Source: Bilabrum cf. latius
Lineage: Eukaryota
Reading direction: 5' to 3'
Length of the DNA: 64,000 nt
NCBI GenBank assembly: GCA_965178125.1
Contig: OZ237771.1
Span: forward strand, 434,001 to 498,000
Shown one piece after another: positions 61,365-64,000 of the stretch. The position numbers and the translations under genes were made by a program. Within the stretch, counting starts at the first letter, position 1. The number at the start of each line of letters is the position of its first letter. Below the pieces are notes generated by a model. The model had not been told where the DNA came from, ran no database searches, and saw only the letters and a program-made list of their open reading frames with translations.

Positions 61365-63027
61365 TCACGCCTGCTTCAGCCACTGAACCGCCTGCTGCAC
61401 CGCGGCCCGTCTCGCCTGCGCCACCGCGGGAGGCAGGTACCCGTCCGGCGCACTCGTCATATCGGAGCAGTGCCACCCACCGGAGATTAGTACCGCAGGC
61501 GGTTGCAACCCGTTCGAAGTATCACCGAAACCCCGACCCTGGCCTTGCCCTTCACCCCGCCAGTGGTTCAACAGCTGCCCCCCCCCTCTAGCCAGCCTCT
61601 ACCACGGGAGTAAGCAAGGTATACGGGTCCGCTGATCCCCCCAGCCACAGCACTCTCCCGCCGGAACCGTTCGTGGGCCGGTTCCCACCAGAGAAAGTCA
61701 AAATGTCCCGCTGCCGGGAGGCCTGCTGCGCACTCGTCACACCCAGCACCCCGCCGCAGACGTCCCCGAAGAGCAGCTCGGCAGGCGTGGGACCCCCGTC
61801 CGCTGCGTATGGGCAGGTGGAGGGGTCTGAGCACGTGTTGAGGAAACCGACTGCACTGCACTGCAACCATGTATACTGCCGGCCCCAGTCAGCCGGGTCA
61901 CTCGTCACACCCGTGATCCCGTCCAGGTACTGCTCCCACGTGGAGTAGGGCGTGCACTCGGCCGGTGGGAGGGGGTCTCCCTGCAGGCTCCAGAGGGCGC
62001 GATCCACGGCGTGCAGGGGGTCCAATCCACCGGCGGATCCGTTTTGCATGGCCTTGCAGAGGTAAGGCACGATGAAGCCGCGGCTGGACTGCACTGCCTG
62101 GAATCCTAGAGTGATGTCGACTGCTGCTCTCCATGCGCTTGCCGCGTCTTTCTGGGACATGCTCTCACTCGTCACACCGTCACCTTGCGGACAGAGCCGC
62201 AGTGCGTCCAGCAGCTTGAGCCAGTCGGCTGGGTCCGACGATGTGACGAGTGCAGAGGCTTGCCGTAGGCCTGGCAGCAGCACGTCCTCTGCGATGCCGG
62301 GGCAGCCCCCCGCGGCAGTGTCCCCCATGGCCCCCTGCAGACCCTGGTGGTACCTGGGGAACAACGCGTCCAGCTGCACAGGAGCAGATGAAGCGATGAC
62401 TCCGGCTAGACGGCTAGGGACCGGCGCGGGGAGGCCGGGGAGGAGGCGGCTGTCTGCGTCCAGCGCGGCTAGGCTTGCGACAATGCCGCTGTAAGAGCAT
62501 CCAAGCCCCACCCATCGAGATTAGGGGGTGATCCCGTGGAGCACTGGCGATGCACTGCCGGCATTGGCTGCGTCGCTCGCCCAATCGATAAAGCGAGCAA
62601 CGTCGAGCGAGGCTTGGGCAGGATCCAACGTCGCATTCATGGAATCAATAGTCAGGCTTCCTGAAGCCCCGTACGGCCTGGACTTCCCAAAGAATCTGTG
62701 CTCCAGCAGGATCATGGCTGCGCCAGCAGATTTTGCGGTGCGCGCGGCCTGTCCGATCAGTATTCCCCACCACTCTTCGGCCTCGTTCTCGCCCCCAACA
62801 AGCAGCACAACCGGTACAGGAGTCCCTGCTAAGTGCTTTGATGGAGCCACGAAGCTAGAGTTTACAAAAAAACGCTGTGACCACATGTTGTTTGCGGACG
62901 CTGATTCTCGATGATCAATAAGCTGGCCATGGAAATATCGCTCCTCGTAGGGCAAGGCAGCCCGTGTGAGCTGCACTGAGATACACATCAATGATACACA
63001 TCCAAGCGGAAAGAAAAATTTCTACAT
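61365..63027 (-). pseudogene. Serine peptidase family S28 (prolylcarboxypeptidase/TSSP-like) with in-frame TAA (62521) and a 1-nt frameshift in a C9 run (61578-61586); pseudogene or sequence errors
   Basis: Signal peptide M(TAG)KFFFPLGC..., QLIDH, WSQRFFVN, VLLVGGE, LEHRFFGKSRP, QASLDVARFI, WVGLGCSYSG, IASSAPV, RQYTWLQC and GSADPY. ISGGWHCSDM...AR...QWL lies in a shifted frame ending TGA 61365. Confidence 0.75.
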
Positions 63028-63195
63028 TGCCGAGATAGTCTAATGAAGGTCCCAAACTCAAAGTCTGCAGCCAAGACTCGGCCAGCATTTCCGGATCCTT
63101 TCGAGTTGGTCTTGCACGGCAGCGGGTCATGCATCAATATTAGCCTTGCAACAGACCCCACTGCGCCAATACTAAGAATAGCAGCGCCAAAACCT

Positions 63196-64000
63196 TCACC
63201 CTTGTTCCCCAATGGTAGGCAGCTGCAGCGTGGCCCGTGTGGGCGGCCCCAGCAGAGCCACCTTGCGGCCAAATGTGCCGGCCTTCGCCCCGATCTTGCC
63301 CGAGCCCCCCTGGCCCCCCCACCTCGATTCGCCCTATTCCCCCGCGTCCTTTCCCTCCCCACCGTGACTGCTCCCATTCTTGCTCCCCCGTCGCGCCGCA
63401 GTGCCGTGCACAAAGGCCTGCACATACCCCTTCATCGCCTCACGCGCCACCGCCGCCACACCCCTCCCCCTGCCCCTCCCCCTGCCAGACCTCGACGCCC
63501 CCCCACTACCCCCCTTCTTCCTCTGGGCCCGCCGGCCCGCCGCAGCCAGCTGCCTCGCCCTCCTGCTCAGCGCCTCCCCCTCGCTCAATCCACCGGTGGA
63601 CAGGTCCCGCCCGGGCATCACCCCCGTGCGCCGCGCCTCCCGTCTCAGCCGCAGCATGGCATCGCTCGCCTCAGAGGGGGGGGGAGGACCCCCCCAAGGG
63701 CGGGAGAATGACACCGGGACTAGCAAGTTTGGGCCAGACGCACTCGTCACACTTGATGATCCCCTGGTACCCGCATGTGCGCTGTTTCGATCCTTGGCCC
63801 CCTTGCCTTTGATCCGATCCCTGGCTGCCTTCTTCTTGGCGCGGGTCATCATCGACACTTGGCGGTTGGCCGCCCATCGAGCGGCGGGCCCCGGGACCGT
63901 GTGACGAGTGCGCTGACCCTCACTAAGTTTCCCCCCTGTCCCCGCCTCTTCTTGCGACTACTTCGACGATGACGATGACGACGCTGGCCTGCTCCTTCCA
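63196..64000 (-). CDS. 3' end of a hypothetical low-complexity basic protein (5' part outside the window)
   Basis: The frame of ORF 63334..63858 is open to the window edge with TAG at 63958 and 63334 read through; ends TGA 63196-63198. Confidence 0.6.

Larger units (their letters stand above)
3974..63909. repeat. Highly iterated dispersed oligomer CACTCGTCACAC / GTGTGACGAGTG
   Basis: About 55 exact ACTCGTCAC/GTGACGAGT cores counted by eye on both strands, plus more than 20 one-mismatch variants. Confidence 0.95.

Noticed and set aside
61573-61605. A ~31-nt GT..AG intron rescuing the S28 frameshift
   Set aside because: It is far shorter than the other introns here (83 nt or more), G-rich with no pyrimidine tract, and has a poor donor. 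A homopolymer indel is simpler.
3974-63909. CRISPR array, MITE or introner explanation for the 12-mer
   Set aside because: Copies are only ~9-13 bp, irregularly spaced, in both orientations and in frame within exons. I saw no spacers, terminal inverted repeats or target-site duplications.
2-64000. Interpreting the TAG-interrupted genes as pseudogenes
   Set aside because: The interruptions are almost exclusively TAG, frames and motifs are preserved in conserved genes (TFIP11, MND1, pirin), and TAG tracks Gln contexts. Random decay would also give TGA, TAA and frameshifts.
2-64000. Pyrrolysine or Leu/Glu/Tyr meaning for TAG; prokaryotic or phage origin
   Set aside because: Spliceosomal introns and eukaryote-specific genes are present, no pyl genes were seen, and the informative positions and CAG-run contexts favour Gln.
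1-64000. tRNA (including a suppressor tRNA-Gln CUA), rRNA or transposase genes
   Set aside because: None recognisable by eye in this window; tRNAscan-SE on the full genome is needed.

Overview
Gene-dense, GC-rich (roughly 65%, estimated by eye) nuclear DNA from a microbial eukaryote, with canonical GT..AG spliceosomal introns (mostly GTGAG...YGCAG) and about 21 protein-coding genes. The ORF track looks fragmented only because this genome appears to read TAG as glutamine. Consecutive ORF fragments are in frame and joined by TAG, TAG sits at conserved Gln positions and inside CAG/CAA runs, and genes end in TGA or (3 cases) TAA. That is a UAG=Gln, UAA/UGA=stop code, like NCBI table 15. Re-translated, the window holds two GH27 glycosidases, a CUB-like type I membrane protein, a KHA+CNBD ion channel, CEP57, pirin, MND1, PPCDC, a ~3,670-aa SAP-domain protein, an LMF protein, TFIP11, a PIH1-domain protein, a catalytically dead trypsin-like protein, a GGCT-fold protein, TRAP-beta and a damaged S28 peptidase. 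The second major signal is a set of short oligomers iterated through gene bodies on both strands and in several reading frames, reminiscent of bacterial HIP1/DUS. These are CACTCGTCACAC (about 55 exact copies of the 9-mer core), the palindrome GGTTGCAACC (9 copies) and TGCATYGCA (about 22 copies). All counts, alignments and gene models were made by eye and need computational confirmation.
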